Of a DNA stretch of 64,000 nt, positions 37,708 through 58,275 are shown one piece after another; within the stretch, counting starts at the first letter, position 1; each line of letters begins with the position of its first letter. Both the position numbers and the translations under genes were made by a program. The stretch lies in NCBI RefSeq assembly GCF_009914755.1, contig NC_060931.1; one strand, given 5' to 3'. Under the pieces are notes generated by a model, which did not search any database, was not told the DNA's origin, and was given only the letters and a program-made list of their open reading frames with translations. Source of the DNA: the human T2T-CHM13v2.0 reference genome, Homo sapiens.

Positions 37708-38655
37708 TGAACTCCTGACCTTGTGATCTGCCCACCTCGGCCTCCCAAAGTGCTGGATTACAGGCATGAGTCACCACGCCCGGCCTGTTTTTTTTTTAAA
37801 TAGAGACAGGGTTTTGCCATGTGACCCAGGCTGGTCTTGAACTCCTGCACTTAAGCTCCTTGAACCTTGCTTGGGAGGCCTACCTCAGCCTCTCAAAGTG
37901 CTAGGATTACAGGTGCGAGCCACCTTGCCTGGCCCTTTGATGCTATGTTGATATTAATGACGAACTAAGTAGGCCAGTGAACCTGTTTTTTTATTGTTGA
38001 GTTTTTTTGTTTGTTTGTTTTTTGAGATGGAGTCTTACTCTGTCTTCCAGACTGGAGTGCAGTGGTGCGCTCTTGGCTCACTGCAACCTCTGCCTCCAGG
38101 TTCAAGCGATTCTCCCACCTCAGCCTCCTGAGTAGCTGGGATTACAGGTGCACGCCACCATGCCTGGCTACTTTTTAAAAATTTTTTGTAGAGACAGGGT
38201 TTTGACATTTTGGCCAGGCTGGTCTCGAACTCCTGACCTCAAGTGATCTGCCCGCCTTGGCCTCCCAAAGTACTGGCATTACAAGTGTGAGCCACTGCAG
38301 CCGGCCTATTGTAGAGTTTTGATCTTTAATTGGATGCCTACCATTATTGGGGGAAAAATTGGATTTTTCTCTACCATTCACTGAGCTTATTACACTAAAT
38401 ATGTATAGTACAAGGAAATTTATTGGTTTTTCAGAGGTCCTACTGTATATTAATATTTAAAATGAGGGAGAGAAAATTAACTTTTGTCAGCACTTTATCA
38501 GATTTCTGAAATGTCTGTGGTAAGGTATATTTCAGATTTGCATAGGAGTCATCATTAATACCTTCCCTTTATACCATGTGCCATTTGATGACCAATTCTG
38601 AGTCCTTTCTGTTACTAACAGACCTTTTCTTCCTCCTGTACTGCCCTCATCCTAG

Positions 38656-38901
<246 letters not shown>

Positions 38902-39308
38902 TAAGGTGATCTGCCCACCTTGGCCTCCCGGTTCCATTTTCTTATAAGTGGCTTACTTACCTCTTATCCTTGTTTCCTGACACTGCCTGTTCTAGTCCAT
39001 CAACCACACTAGAACACCATTTTCCTACAATGCCAGTTTCATTTTGTCATCTGCTACTGGAAACTTTGCCATTTACTAATAGGAAAAATTCCATCATGGC
39101 CCTGGAATCCAAGGCTGAAACCTACTCTATCCTTTGCAGTTAGAGAGAGGGCCAAGAAAATGATCCTGAGGGAAGTCATCTAGTCACCAGGATCTAGGTC
39201 CTCATTTTGGCAGGCAGAGAAATCTGATTTTTTTCAGTGTATCCAGAGTTGATTAGGTCCCATTCATTGATTATTCTCTAATCAAATTCAGAAAAGACAG
39301 ATACATAA

Positions 39309-39644
<336 letters not shown>

Positions 39645-39916
39645 TAATGGGAAGTATGTCTGCATAGGTACTCATGTTGCCTTGTCAACACATCCTTCAT
39701 GCTAGAAATTTATATGTCGAGCTATATTTTTAATCAGAAGATTGGAAAGTGTGGGACTAAAGCAGGAGAAGCAAAGCAGGGAATTGGATGATCTGTCTAT
39801 GTAAGGAAGATCTAGACATGCAGATTCCTCACATCCCCACATCAAAGACCTGACGCTTTGCATCCTTCCCTAATCTTCAGATTAGTTTAGGCTCTTTCTT
39901 TCATGTACTCTCATAG

Positions 39917-40257
<341 letters not shown>

Positions 40258-40355
40258 TGAGCCACTGCACCCGGCCTGGAATTCTTTGTTTAATGTCTGT
40301 CAGTCTTATCAATTTGTAAGTTCCATGAGGCTTGGGATTCTGTCTGTCTTGCTCA

Positions 40356-40358
<3 letters not shown>

Positions 40359-40412
<54 letters not shown>
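40359..40412. repeat. (TA)27 microsatellite
   Basis: Perfect dinucleotide run. Confidence 0.95.
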
Positions 40413-40421
<9 letters not shown>

Positions 40422-41347
40422 GGTCCCTCAGTAAATATTTGATAGTGAATGAAAGTATGAATAAATAATCCATCTCCACTGGTTTAGTCCGTCCTCTCCC
40501 TGCACATCTCCCTTTAAAAAATTTTTTTTTCAGGCTGGGTGCAGTGGCTCATGCCTTTCATCCCAGCACTTGGGAAGGCCAAGGTGGGCAGGGGAGATTG
40601 CTTGAGTCCAGGAGTCTGAGACAAGCCTGGACAACATGGTGAAACCCTGTCTATACCAAAAAAAAAAAAAAAAAAAAAGCAAACAAACAGAAATTAGGTG
40701 GGTGTGGTTGCATACCTGTAGTCCCAGCTATTCAGGAGGCTGAGGGGGGCAGTATCTCTTGACCCCAGGAAGTTGAGGCTACAGTGAGCTGAGATGGCAC
40801 CACTGTACTCCAGCCTGGGTGACAAAGTGAGACCCTGTCTCAAAAAAAAAATGTTTTTAAATTACATTGCGTCATCTGACGTTGTTCATTGAGTTATAAT
40901 GTATTTAATTACATTACAGTTATCTTTCATGTTGTTCTTATATCCTGGTAACTTTATTTGGATTTGGGTTTTCTCAACAGTTTACCCTGTTTACAGTCTT
41001 TAATGTTTAGGCTATAGTTAGTTCTAAGTTTCATCTGTTGAGTAATTGGTTTTGACCAGTTTTTCCTTCAGAGTCTAAACACATATGAGTACCTTATCTG
41101 CTTATTTCCAAACAGAAACCTTTGGCTTTAGAGTCATATTTTTTAAATGGTGAGTCTAAAATCAGTTTAGTAGGGGCCGGGCGCCGTGGCTCATGCCAGT
41201 AATCCCAGCACTTTGGGAGGCCGAGGTGGGCAGATTGCTTGAGGCCAGGAGTTCAAGACCAGCCTGGCCAAATGGTGAAGCCCCATCTCTAATAAAAATA
41301 CAAAAATTGGACGGGCGTGGTGGCACGCCTGTAATCCCAGCTACTCA

Positions 41348-41455
<108 letters not shown>

Positions 41456-41549
41456 TTAAAAACAATAAAGATAAAATCAATTTAGTGGGCCCCTCACCAA
41501 AAATGGGACAGAACACAAAATATCATAGGGCATTGAATATAATAAATGA

Positions 41550-41726
<177 letters not shown>

Positions 41727-42322
41727 TAATATTTTTGTATTTTTAGTAGAGACAGGTTTTTACCATGTTGGCCAGGCTGGTCTCGAACTCCTAGCCTCAA
41801 GTGATCTGCCCGCCTCGGCCTTCCAAAGTGCTGGGATTATAGGTGAGAGCCAGCCTGAATTTTAGTATTTTATATAATACTTTTGTTCCAGTTTTGTATA
41901 TACATGTGTACTGGGTTGAAATGTGAAATATTTCTTACTGTGGATTATAGTCAAAGTTTGAAAGCACTACTCCTACCTCTTTAATCTTGCTACTGCTCTG
42001 AATTCTCTTTCATGCTTTCACACCTGTCTCTGATCCTTTGCTCACACTTGTTCTTGGCTGATGTTTGTTGCCCAGATTTTCCTCATCCTTCAAATGCTGC
42101 ACAAGTGCAGCCATTCCTTAGCCAACTCTGACCATCAGTTTGATCTTTTGAAATTATTTTATTGTTTGTGCCAACAATCATATTCCTTTACTGGAATATT
42201 TCACTTATGTACATTTTATCTCCCCAACTGGTGAGCTGTAAGACAAAGATTGTTTGTCTTATCTTCTTTGATACTTTACTGTTCATTTATGGAGTTTAAA
42301 TTTTTTATTTTTTATTTTTTGA

Positions 42323-42652
<330 letters not shown>

Positions 42653-42719
42653 TTAAGTATTATGTATTATAGTATAAATGTGTCATTTACTTTCCAGTAA
42701 ATTATGGTGAAAGTACAAT

Positions 42720-42930
42720 TTACTGGTTAGGGCACACTCTGATGCCCAGACTGCTTGGGCTTAAGTTCTGACATTATCTAGTGTGACCTCAGGTGGTGAA
42801 TATTTTGACCTCTCTGCCTCAGTTTCCATATTTATAAAATGGAGGAAGCCATAGTGCTAACCTCATAGGGTGTTGTTAAGACATAATCATACATGTAAAG
42901 AGCTTAGGGCCATGCTTAGTAGCACACAGC
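42720..42930 (+). mobile_element. MIR
   Basis: CTCTCTGCCTCAGTTTCC..TAAAATGG..AACCTCATAGGG core. Confidence 0.75.
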
Positions 42931-43260
42931 ACAAGTTTAGTCATTATTACTTACTGTTATCATGTTTATCAATTAAAATGTGATCCTTTTTATATGAGTT
43001 TATAAAAGTATTCTGTATTTCTATGCTGTTTTATAATAGCCAGTGTCTCAGCCCAAAGTACATTTTCAGCTTCTAAGTTTTATAAATTCTGAGTTATTTC
43101 CCTACTGCTGCTTTTCATCTGGATGACAAGAAGGAAAGGAAGGAAAGGCACTTACCTTTATTGAGTGCCTATGATATGAAAGGCACTGGACTGTGTGTTT
43201 TCCTTAGTTTATCTCATTTGAAAAACTTACAGCTCTTTGAAGCAGATGGTGTTTATGTTT

Positions 43261-43330
<70 letters not shown>
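43261..43330. repeat. (TA)10(GA)25 compound microsatellite inside a MIR
   Basis: Direct reading. Confidence 0.95.
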
Positions 43331-43333
<3 letters not shown>

Positions 43334-43884
43334 TGAAGTTTAAAGAGGTTATTTCCCTTGTTCCAGTAGACATAGCTAATGAAGTGGTAAAACTAGGTTC
43401 AGCTGATATTCCAATTTAAAGTCAGGATTTATTTTATTTATTTATTTAATTTTTAAATTTTTTTTGAGATGGGGTTTTGATCCTGTCGGCCAGGCTAGAG
43501 TGCAGTGGCACGATCCTGGCTCACTGCAACCTCCGCCTCCTGGGTTCGAGTGATTTCTCCTGTCCCAGCCTCCCAAGTAGCTGGGACTACATGTGCGCAC
43601 CACCACACCCGGCTAATTTTTGTATTTTTAGTAGAGACGGGGTTTCACCATGTTGGCCAGGTTGGTCTCAAACTCCTGACCTCAGGTAATCTGTCCGCCT
43701 TGGCCTCCCAGAGTGCTGGGATTACAGGCGTGAGCCATTGTGCCTACCTAAAGTCAGGATTTATTTTATAGTAAGTCAGATAAAGTGATGTGTTTATATC
43801 ATTGCTTGAGAATTTTAATAAACTATGCTTTTATATTAGTGTCTCTTAATCAGTTACAACATTGATATTTATATAATTAGCAAT

Positions 43885-44255
43885 CATTTATTATATTAAT
43901 ATAATTAATATATATTAATTATATTAATATAATTAATTATATTAATATAATTAATTATATTTATATATTATATTAATATATTAATTATATTTATATATTA
44001 TATTAATATATATTAATTATATTAATATATATTATATTAATATATATTGATTATATTAATATATATTATATTAATATATATTAATTATATTAATATATAA
44101 ATTATATATTATATATTACATATATTATATATAAATATAAAATATATGTAATATATTATATATTATATATTTATATATAATATATTAATATAATATAGTT
44201 AATGTAACATACTAATTATAATATTTATAATATAATTGATAATTATATTAATTAA
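43885..44255. repeat. Almost pure A/T low-complexity repeat (ATTATATTAATAT-type units)
   Basis: About 370 bp with only a handful of G/C bases. Confidence 0.95.
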
Positions 44256-44375
44256 GATAACTTCCTAGATTAAAAAGTAGCTGTGGGTGTAACTAAAATG
44301 TGTGGATGGTAACCTCACATTATTTTTCAAGTGTATGTTTTCTTTGACGGTGGTTTCATTTATTTTTTCTTTAAG

Positions 44376-44518
44376 CTGCTAGTCTATGGGGTCCTTACAA
44401 AGACATTTGGCATAAAGTGGGAAATGCTCTTTGGAGAAGACAACCTGAAGCTGTTCACCTTCTTGATAAGATTTTGAAGAAACACAAACCTGACTTCATC
44501 TCATTGTTCAAAAATCCG
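44376..44518 (+). CDS. NUP205: NUP205 exon 2 (143 nt; ASLWGPYKDIW...SLFKNP)
   Basis: ttaag| acceptor, CCG|gtaaga donor; frame continuous with exons 1 and 3. Confidence 0.97.
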
Positions 44519-44589
44519 GTAAGAAATTTTCTTTTTCAGTTTTTTTGGGATTTTTTTTTTTTTAAGATCGAGGAAGGAAGTAAACTCTT

Positions 44590-45070
44590 TTCTTTTTTTT
44601 TTAATTTTCAAATTTTTTTCAGAAATTTATTTACTGTGCCACAGTCTCATGAGGTCCTGATGACATGTACCCCTAAACGCTTAAAAAAAAAAAAAAAGAC
44701 AGGGTCTAACTTTGTAGCCCAGGCTTGTCTTGGACTTCTGGCCTCAGTGATCCTCCTGCCTCAGCTTCCCAAAGTGCTGGGATTACAGACGTGAGCCACC
44801 ATGCCAGCTGCAAAAACTATCTTAAAAACTTTTTTTAATTTTTAATTTTTGTGAGCACATAAAGGATGTATATATTTATGAGGTACGTGAGATGTTTTGA
44901 TACAGGCATGCAGTGTGAAATAATCACATCATGGAGAATGGGGAGTCATTCATCCCCTCAAGCATTTATCCATTGTTTTCCAAACAATCCATTTACACTC
45001 TTAGTTATTTTAAAATGTATAATTATTATTGGCTATCACCCTGTCGTGCTATCAAATAGTAGGTCCTTGC
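44590..45070 (-). mobile_element. Composite retro-insertion (L1MA 3' end + FLAM/Alu monomer + MER4/41-like LTR piece + AATAAA + polyA) flanked by 12-bp TSD
   Basis: AAGTAAACTCTT at 44578-44589 and 45071-45082; T-tract 44590-44602; TTTATT at 44626-44631. Confidence 0.75.
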
Positions 45071-45304
45071 AAGTAAACTCTTAATGTACGTAACAAAAAC
45101 ATGTCACCTGTCTCACTCCAGTGATTCAATGATTTTCTTTTCTAGATATTTTTTAAAGACAGGGTGTTGCTCTGTCCTCCAGACTGGAGTGAAGTGGCCT
45201 GATTATAGCTCACTATAGCCTCAAACTCCTGGTTCAAGCGTTCTTCCTGGCTCTTCACTCCTAAGTAGCTGGGACTACAGGTGTGTGCCACCGTGCCCAG
45301 CTAA

Positions 45305-45430
<126 letters not shown>

Positions 45431-46924
45431 TGATTTTAATGGAATTTTTCTTAGGAGCAATGTTATTCTCTATAGAAGTTAATATTATGTTTATTTCTAG
45501 CTAGGAGATAAACTTAATAATATTTGAAGACTATTTAAGAAATTTAGTATATTCCAGAAATATTAACTGCCTTAGAATTTCTGACCTCTAGTTAGTAATA
45601 CATCTATGCTTGGTAAGATTGATTATTTTGTTTATTTCCAGATGTACGTTAAAATTTTAAGTATTATTTTATAGTAGTTTATAGTATTATGTAAGTTGTG
45701 TTAATGGAATGAATTAATTCTTGAGTATTTTTAATTTCTGCATCTTGAAATTCTTTGCAATAGCAATAGGGTACTTTAGTGGAGGGGATTCAAACTTGGA
45801 AAATGCTTTTCTTGTTGTTTGGCACTTTTCCTTTGCGTGTATGTGTTTGTGTGTCAGAGTCTCACTCTGTCGTCCAGTCTGGAGTGCAGCGGTGCGATCT
45901 TGGCTCACTGCAACCTCCCTCCCGTGTTCAAGCAATCCTCCTTCCTCAGCCTCCAGAGTAGCTGGATTACAGGCGCCTGCCACCATGTCCAGCTAATTTT
46001 TTTGTATTAGAGACGTGGTTTCACCACGTTCGCCAGGCTGGTCTTGAACTCCTGGCCTCAAGTGATCTGCCTGTTTCAGCCTCTCAAAGTGCTAGGATTA
46101 TAGGCATGACCCACCACGCCCAGTCTGGCACTTTTCTTTTATATACAGCAAGGAAGCCATCCAAGAACTATTTATAGGATTGTGTTACCAGAAATGGCTT
46201 TTTGCTTTTTAGCTTTTTTTTTTTTTTCTTTTTTTTTCTTTTTTTTTGCTTTCTTTAGTAGAAAGAACCCCAGCCTGGGAACCAGTTGAGCTGATTTCCA
46301 GTCTTGGCTGTACCACTAGAGAGTTTTATGACCACAGACAAGTTACCTGACTTAGCTGGATGTCGGTTTTTCTGTCTGCAATAGAGGAGCTAGATTCAAT
46401 GACCAATGTGTAACCTTTAAGTTCCGAAACTTTAGATGTATGATCTATCAGCTAATTCTGTACTGTACGTCATATGTTAAATATTTGCACCAAATTATCT
46501 TTTAGGAAATAAGACTACATTTTATATAACATTAATAAACTGTTACTTGCTCTGCTAAGTAATTAAACAGTTCATATATCCATTTGTTATGTACCATTTG
46601 AAGACCTTATTATTTTTATTTATTATGTAATTGAAAAGTTCTGTAGAAACTTGAAAAATAGTATGCTATTTTGTATATTTTCTCCAAATTTTTCAGATCA
46701 GAGTTTAGCAGTCACAGTTATTGAGAAGGTAGTATTGGAATAAAAAGTTTAAGGTTATGCAAAATATTACTTCATAAAAGTCTGTTCTAAATTAGCTGAT
46801 AAGAAATACTTCTGTTTGTCATGTTACCAGGCTGAATTATCATGAATAAGCTTCTGTAGGTAACACTTTGGGACCTTGTCTCCAGTGTGCTATTTTCATA
46901 ACAATTACAATTTTATCATTGTAG

Positions 46925-47096
46925 CCAAAAAATGTTCAACAGCATGAGAAGGTTCAGAAAGCCAGTACAGAGGGAGTCGCCATTCAGGGTCAACAGGGAA
47001 CTCGACTTCTTCCTGAACAGCTCATTAAAGAAGCCTTTATTCTCAGTGACCTTTTTGATATTGGAGAATTGGCAGCTGTTGAGCTTCTTCTTGCTG
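46925..47096 (+). CDS. NUP205: NUP205 exon 3 (172 nt; PKNVQQHEK...VELLLA)
   Basis: ttgtag| acceptor, G|gtaggt donor; in frame. Confidence 0.97.
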
Positions 47097-47214
47097 GTAG
47101 GTTGACATTTAACTGAAACAGTGGTAAAATAATGCAAAATTATAAAATCACTCATAGTTTAAAATAGTTTATTGTTTAGATTCTATCATAGTTTCTAAGG
47201 CTGCAGTTTGGTAA

Positions 47215-47424
<210 letters not shown>

Positions 47425-47544
47425 TGATTGGAAGGAAGGCTTCAGTTTAGTGATCAGAATTGTTAAAGACATCTCAGAAATTTTATAGCACAAAGCACTT
47501 ACTGTCAGTGAGTAGGCAGGTAAGGTCACCACTTTTTTGGAATT

Positions 47545-48050
47545 TCTTTTTGAGAGAGTAATTCAGATAATGCATGAGTAGGTAAAAAATAAGATGATTT
47601 CAATAATACAGAGTACTAGGAAGAAAATAAAATAAAGCAGTGAGATATAGAGAGGTGGAGGCTGGCTAGTGCAACTCTAAGTAGGATCCGTAGAGAAGGC
47701 CTCTCTAAGATGGTGTCATTTGCCTTGAGACCCAAATGATGAGAAGGTGCCAGCCACCCAGACCTATTGGGTAAGGCTTTTCCGGGGAGAGCAAGCAGCC
47801 AGTGCTTGAGGTGGGAATAAAGGCGTGTTTAAGGATAAAAAGATCATTGTGGCTAGAGCATCATAAATGAGAGGGAGAGCAAAGGAAGATGCAGATACAG
47901 CAGGAATCAGAGCATGTTTGATTTTGCATGATAATGAAAGGTATTTGGATTTTATTCTAATTGCAATAGAAAGTTGTTGATGAGGGCTTTAAGCAGAGAC
48001 ATTACATAATTCATTCTAACTCTGAAATTATTTCTCTGGCTGCTGTGTAG
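47545..48050 (+). mobile_element. L2 LINE fragment in intron 3
   Basis: GAAGGCCTCTCT..GGTGTCATTT..GAGACC, TTTGGATTTTATTCTAA, CTCTGGCTGCTGTGTAGAGAA motifs. Confidence 0.65.
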
Positions 48051-49540
48051 AGAAAAGAGAGAAAAATTTCTATACTATAAGCAGTTTGTTTTAATTATAA
48101 TGGAGGAGCCATTTGAAGAAAATATGGGCATGTTAGTTGAACAAAAGTTTAATATGTCTAAAGATAATATATGGCTACCAAAATCCTTTTTGACCTAAGC
48201 CTGCACTAAAAGAAGTATGATATTGAGAATGAGGGGGATGTTCACTAGACATGCTTGAGTTTTGAGTTTAACTCGGAACTTTCATTTAACAAACATTTCT
48301 TCTATACCTACCATGTGCCAGGCATGGTGTTAATTATATCACTCCAGTGATATAAAGATGAATAAAATCTCAACTAGTGTAAATACGCTCATATTCTAAT
48401 AATTGAGAATGATGTGGAAACAAATATTTTGACACAATTAAGTACAATTAATGCAGTTTTGTGCAAGATTTAGAGATGGTCCAGAGATTTAGAGATGGTA
48501 TTAGATGGACCTTGATTGTACAGAGAACTCTTAACAACATCATGAAGTTTAAGGTAGATGTTGCAAAATGAGTAAGCATACATCAGGTGGAATAGGTGGT
48601 TATTTGGGAGGATGAAGGGCATCCAGGCAGAAGAAATTGCCTGTGCAAGAGGGTGAAGCAAGGTGATGAATTTGGGGAACAGAAAGGAGTAGAGTGGAGG
48701 AGTAGTTGCAGTAAGGGGAAAAGAAAGCTTTAGGAAATGAAACTGAAACTATAGGCAAAGTACTCTTAAAAAAAAAGTGAAACTTAGCCAGGCGTGGTGG
48801 CTCACACCTGTAATCCCACCACTTTGGGAGGCCAAGGCAGGTGGATCACGAGGTCAGGAGTTCAAGACCAGCGTGGTCAACATGGTGAAATGCCATCGCT
48901 ACTAAAAATACAAAAATTAGCTGGGTGCTATGGCAAGTGCCTGTAATCCTAACTACTCAGGAGGCTAAGGCAGGAGAATTGCTTGAACCTAGGCGGCAGA
49001 GGTTGCAGTGAGATCACGCCACTGCACTCCAGCCTAGGTGACAGAGTGAGACTCCATCTCAAAAAAAAAGGTAGAACTCATTCAAAGGAGAGTAGTTAAA
49101 AGGTGACTGAACTTGAATTATAAAAAGGTTGTTTATTCAGAGAAGATTCCGAGGGAAGAAACTTAGAAATATTTGAAAGATTCCATATGAGATAGTAAAA
49201 TGGGCATTGAATAAAATTAAATTTAGTGGACAACAGTGAGACCAAAAGATTCTCACCCAGTATGTAGAAATCACAGGTAAGTGTGAGAGTTAGAAATTGA
49301 GAGTTTGGAAAATGGTGAATTCCATGTCCCTGCTGGTGTTTAGGGATAAGTTGGATGGCCCTCGAATATGTTGAGCAAGAAGTTAGACAGTGGATGGATG
49401 TTTGTAGTAGAGGACCCCAGGGCCCCTTAAGCCCTGAGCTACTGTGATTCTTTGAACTGAACATTGTTATATTGATTTTTGTCTCCTCCTAAACACATAC
49501 GTGTTTATTAACAATATTATTTCTCAACTTCCTTTTTTAG

Positions 49541-49685
49541 GAGAGCATCAACAGCCACATTTTCCTGGCCTTACCAGAGGATTAGTAGCTGTTCTTCTGT
49601 ACTGGGATGGAAAGCGATGCATTGCGAATTCCTTGAAAGCCTTGATACAGTCTAGACGGGGAAAGACATGGACCCTAGAACTCAG
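49541..49685 (+). CDS. NUP205: NUP205 exon 4 (145 nt; GEHQQPHFPGLTRGLVAVLLYWDGKR...TLEL)
   Basis: ttttag| acceptor, weak AG|gtcttt donor; AG|T Ser codon completed by exon 5. Confidence 0.95.
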
Positions 49686-49929
49686 GTCTTTTTACTTCTT
49701 GGGATTTCAGGGGTTAATTTGAAATTACTTGAAGTATGACAATATTTCCCTTATTATATACAATCTGAGCAATATGTAACATAAGCTGAGTAATATACTC
49801 CCTTATTCTGCCAAGACAGATATAACAATTTAAACCTGTTTTATTGTGTTTATAAATAAAAAATAATTTGGACCGAGGTGCAGTGGCCCAAATTATTTTT
49901 GGATTACAAAGTGCTGGGATTACAGATTA

Positions 49930-50399
<470 letters not shown>

Positions 50400-50539
50400 G
50401 CAAGGGTTCAATGAAATCAATTCATGAGTTGTCTGTCAAATCTCAGAGGCAGAAACATGACAATTAGAATGTTCATTTTTTCAAGATGAATTATGTAGCT
50501 GATACCATGCCTGATTGCCACTTTTCTTTTTTTTTGCTT

Positions 50540-50740
50540 TTATTATTTTTCATTGACACAAAACTGTACATATGTATAGGGTACAGTGTGGTATTTTGAT
50601 ACATATGTATGATATGTAATAAATCATAATTAGCATATCCATCACCTCAAACGTTTATTATTTCTTTGTGTTGGGAACATTCAAAATTCACTGTACTACT
50701 GTTTGACAGTACAGTATACAATAAATTGTTAATTGTAGTC
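50540..50740 (-). mobile_element. L1MA 3'-end fragment in intron 5
   Basis: GGGTACAGTGTGGTATTTTGATACAT...CATATCCATCACCTCAAAC..TTTCTTTGTGTTGGGAACATTCAAAAT. Confidence 0.8.
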
Positions 50741-51066
50741 AGCTCGTAATGTATATTAAAGTTTGTAGTCAGCTGTGTCCATAAAATTGACTTGCAGTTG
50801 TTTCAGCTTCGGTATAGTCATTTATGTGCCATTCTAGCTCTTTTTATGAAATGAACAAGAAATTGGTCATCCCAATTTCTTAAGGAACTTAAGGATAAGG
50901 AATAAACAATAGGGTTTGTTCAGAATTCCAGAGGTGACGTCTTAGGATCACTTGTGGATTTTGATAGGTTTTTTTATTAGCCTTTGTAAAAGGTAGTTTG
51001 TACTTTGGAATAAGACCAGGCTTCACTGTAATTTATTTATACTGATAGTCATGTTCTTATTTCTAG

Positions 51067-51295
51067 GTTTCTGATCTCATTAAGGAGTGCAGGCAGTCTC
51101 TTGCAGAAAGCCTTTTTGCCTGGGCTTGCCAGTCACCTTTAGGCAAAGAAGACACTCTCCTCCTCATTGGACATTTGGAAAGAGTGACAGTTGAGGCTAA
51201 TGGCTCACTGGATGCAGTGAATCTGGCTCTTCTTATGGCGCTTCTATACTGTTTTGATATCAGTTTTATAGAGCAAAGCACAGAGGAACGAGATG
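51067..51295 (+). CDS. NUP205: NUP205 exon 6 (229 nt; VSDLIKECRQ...TEERD)
   Basis: ttctag| acceptor, G|gtattg donor; in frame. Confidence 0.96.
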
Positions 51296-52021
51296 GTATT
51301 GAGTTTTATACATTTTCCTACATTAAAAAAATCAGATTTAAAATTGTGGGGATAACATTTAAAAAGGGTGATATTTTAGCTACTAAAATAGTCTGCTCTG
51401 TTCCTGTGTTTGCAGTCCGTTCATATTTCAATATTTATATATAAGATCACATTTAAAAAACAGCTGCAGTCCTGTTAATTATTTCTGTTTTTTGGGGGGA
51501 TTTGGAATGGAAAGTATTAAAGCATATATTATACATGTTCATGATTGCACATGCCTAATTTACTTAATTGCTTGTTTCTTTACCATTCATTTACATTTTC
51601 AAACTTTTTATTAAAACATTCTGAGACAGTGACTGTCATTTCAGTAATGTAATCTTTGATCTGTGTTTTCTGTGAAGTAAATAAAATTTTTGTGATCTTT
51701 AGATAGCATGATTTCTATTTTAGAATTTATGTGCAGAAAAAATGAGTGTCTAACTTTTTTCTTGTTTATTTGTAGTACACTTATAAAAATGACTGAAAAT
51801 AGTGAAATTGAAATTTAGGATTATTGTCATTTTCTTTTTTTGTTTTTAGTATGTGTACAATCAACAGTAGTGTACCTTTTGGGATGTAGAAATTAATGTT
51901 AATTGGTCATTATTCTTCTGTGAGAATGCTCAGATTTTCTGACTTTTGGATATTATTCCTGTGTATCAGAAGTGAGAATTTATCTGGTGATCGGTAAAGT
52001 GGTCTATTTTTGTGTTTTCAG

Positions 52022-52186
52022 ATATGATTCATCAACTTCCACTGTTGACAGAAAAACAGTACATTGCAACAATTCACTCTCGTCTTCAGGACTCACAGCT
52101 TTGGAAACTGCCTGGGCTCCAAGCCACTGTTAGACTTGCCTGGGCGCTGGCATTGAGGGGAATATCCCAGCTACCTGATGTGACAG
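52022..52186 (+). CDS. NUP205: NUP205 exon 7 (165 nt; DMIHQLPLL...QLPDVT)
   Basis: tttcag| acceptor, G|gtgaat donor; in frame. Confidence 0.96.
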
Positions 52187-52468
52187 GTGAATTGATTGTA
52201 GGTAATTTTGTTATGAGAAACAGCATGTTAGCACTTAATGACATTTTTGGAAGGAGTATTATCTTTGACATACATAAGCATAAGCATAGGAAGATATCCA
52301 GAGTTGTATTAAATGAAACCTTTAGTGTAGTAGTGAAATACAGACTTTTTTCTCCTTGTCTCTCAAAAATATCATATGAAATACTATTTCCCATTCTTGG
52401 AGCCACTGACAATGCTCTTTTACCTTCAGGGTATGAGTTTAAAATTTGGAATGACAGTGTCACATTAA

Positions 52469-57425
<4,957 letters not shown>

Positions 57426-58099
57426 TAAAATGTTAAATTGGAATTTGCTTTAATGAGATATGTATGAGTGGAGAGGGGGAAGATATAGATGAGGTAAGAT
57501 TGTCCATAAGTTGGTAGTATTGAAACAGGTGATGGGTATGTAGAGGTTTATTATACTTATTTTTAGATATATATTGGATATTTTCCAAATAAAATATAAA
57601 AAAATTACAGTTAGACAAGTTTATATTCAAGTTAAAATTTAGTTTTTAAATTTTAGCTACTTGGTTACCAAATTAGCACAGTTACTTACCTATTCATGTT
57701 CAGGTTTTGGTCTTGGATTGAAGACTTTTCAGATGACCCATGAGATTTCATTGGGATTAAAGTCTTAACATCATTTTAATATGTGAATGTTTGGATGATA
57801 GCTCCCTGACTACATCAGTGTTGCATCACACATCTCTAAAATAATTTTCATTAGTTATGTTATTATTTCAAAGAGTATGTATTTTTCTAATACACATTCA
57901 GAGTATATTGTTATTTGGGGTTTGTGAGTTCTTTAGGGTTTATGAGTCAATTACAGTTATATATAGTCTCATTTTGTGCATAGCACATGCTAGAAGGCTG
58001 GGAAGATGTCTGAACCATCAGCAGAGTATTATGAGATATAATTACAATCTGGGTTAATGACTTTTCCTCCATGTACTGTGTTTTAAAATCTGTTTCTAG

Positions 58100-58275
58100 C
58101 TCTGGCAGAATTCACAGAGGCAGATGAAGCAATGGCAGAACTCGCAATTGCTGACAACGTTTTCCTGTTCCTCATGGAATCTGTAGTGGTATCAGAATAC
58201 TTTTATCAGGAAGAATTTTATATTCGCAGAGTCCATAATCTCATCACAGATTTCCTTGCACTTATGCCAATGAAG
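58100..58275 (+). CDS. NUP205: NUP205 exon 8 (176 nt; ALAEFTEADE...LMPMK)
   Basis: ttctag| acceptor, AAG|gtaagt donor; in frame. Confidence 0.97.
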
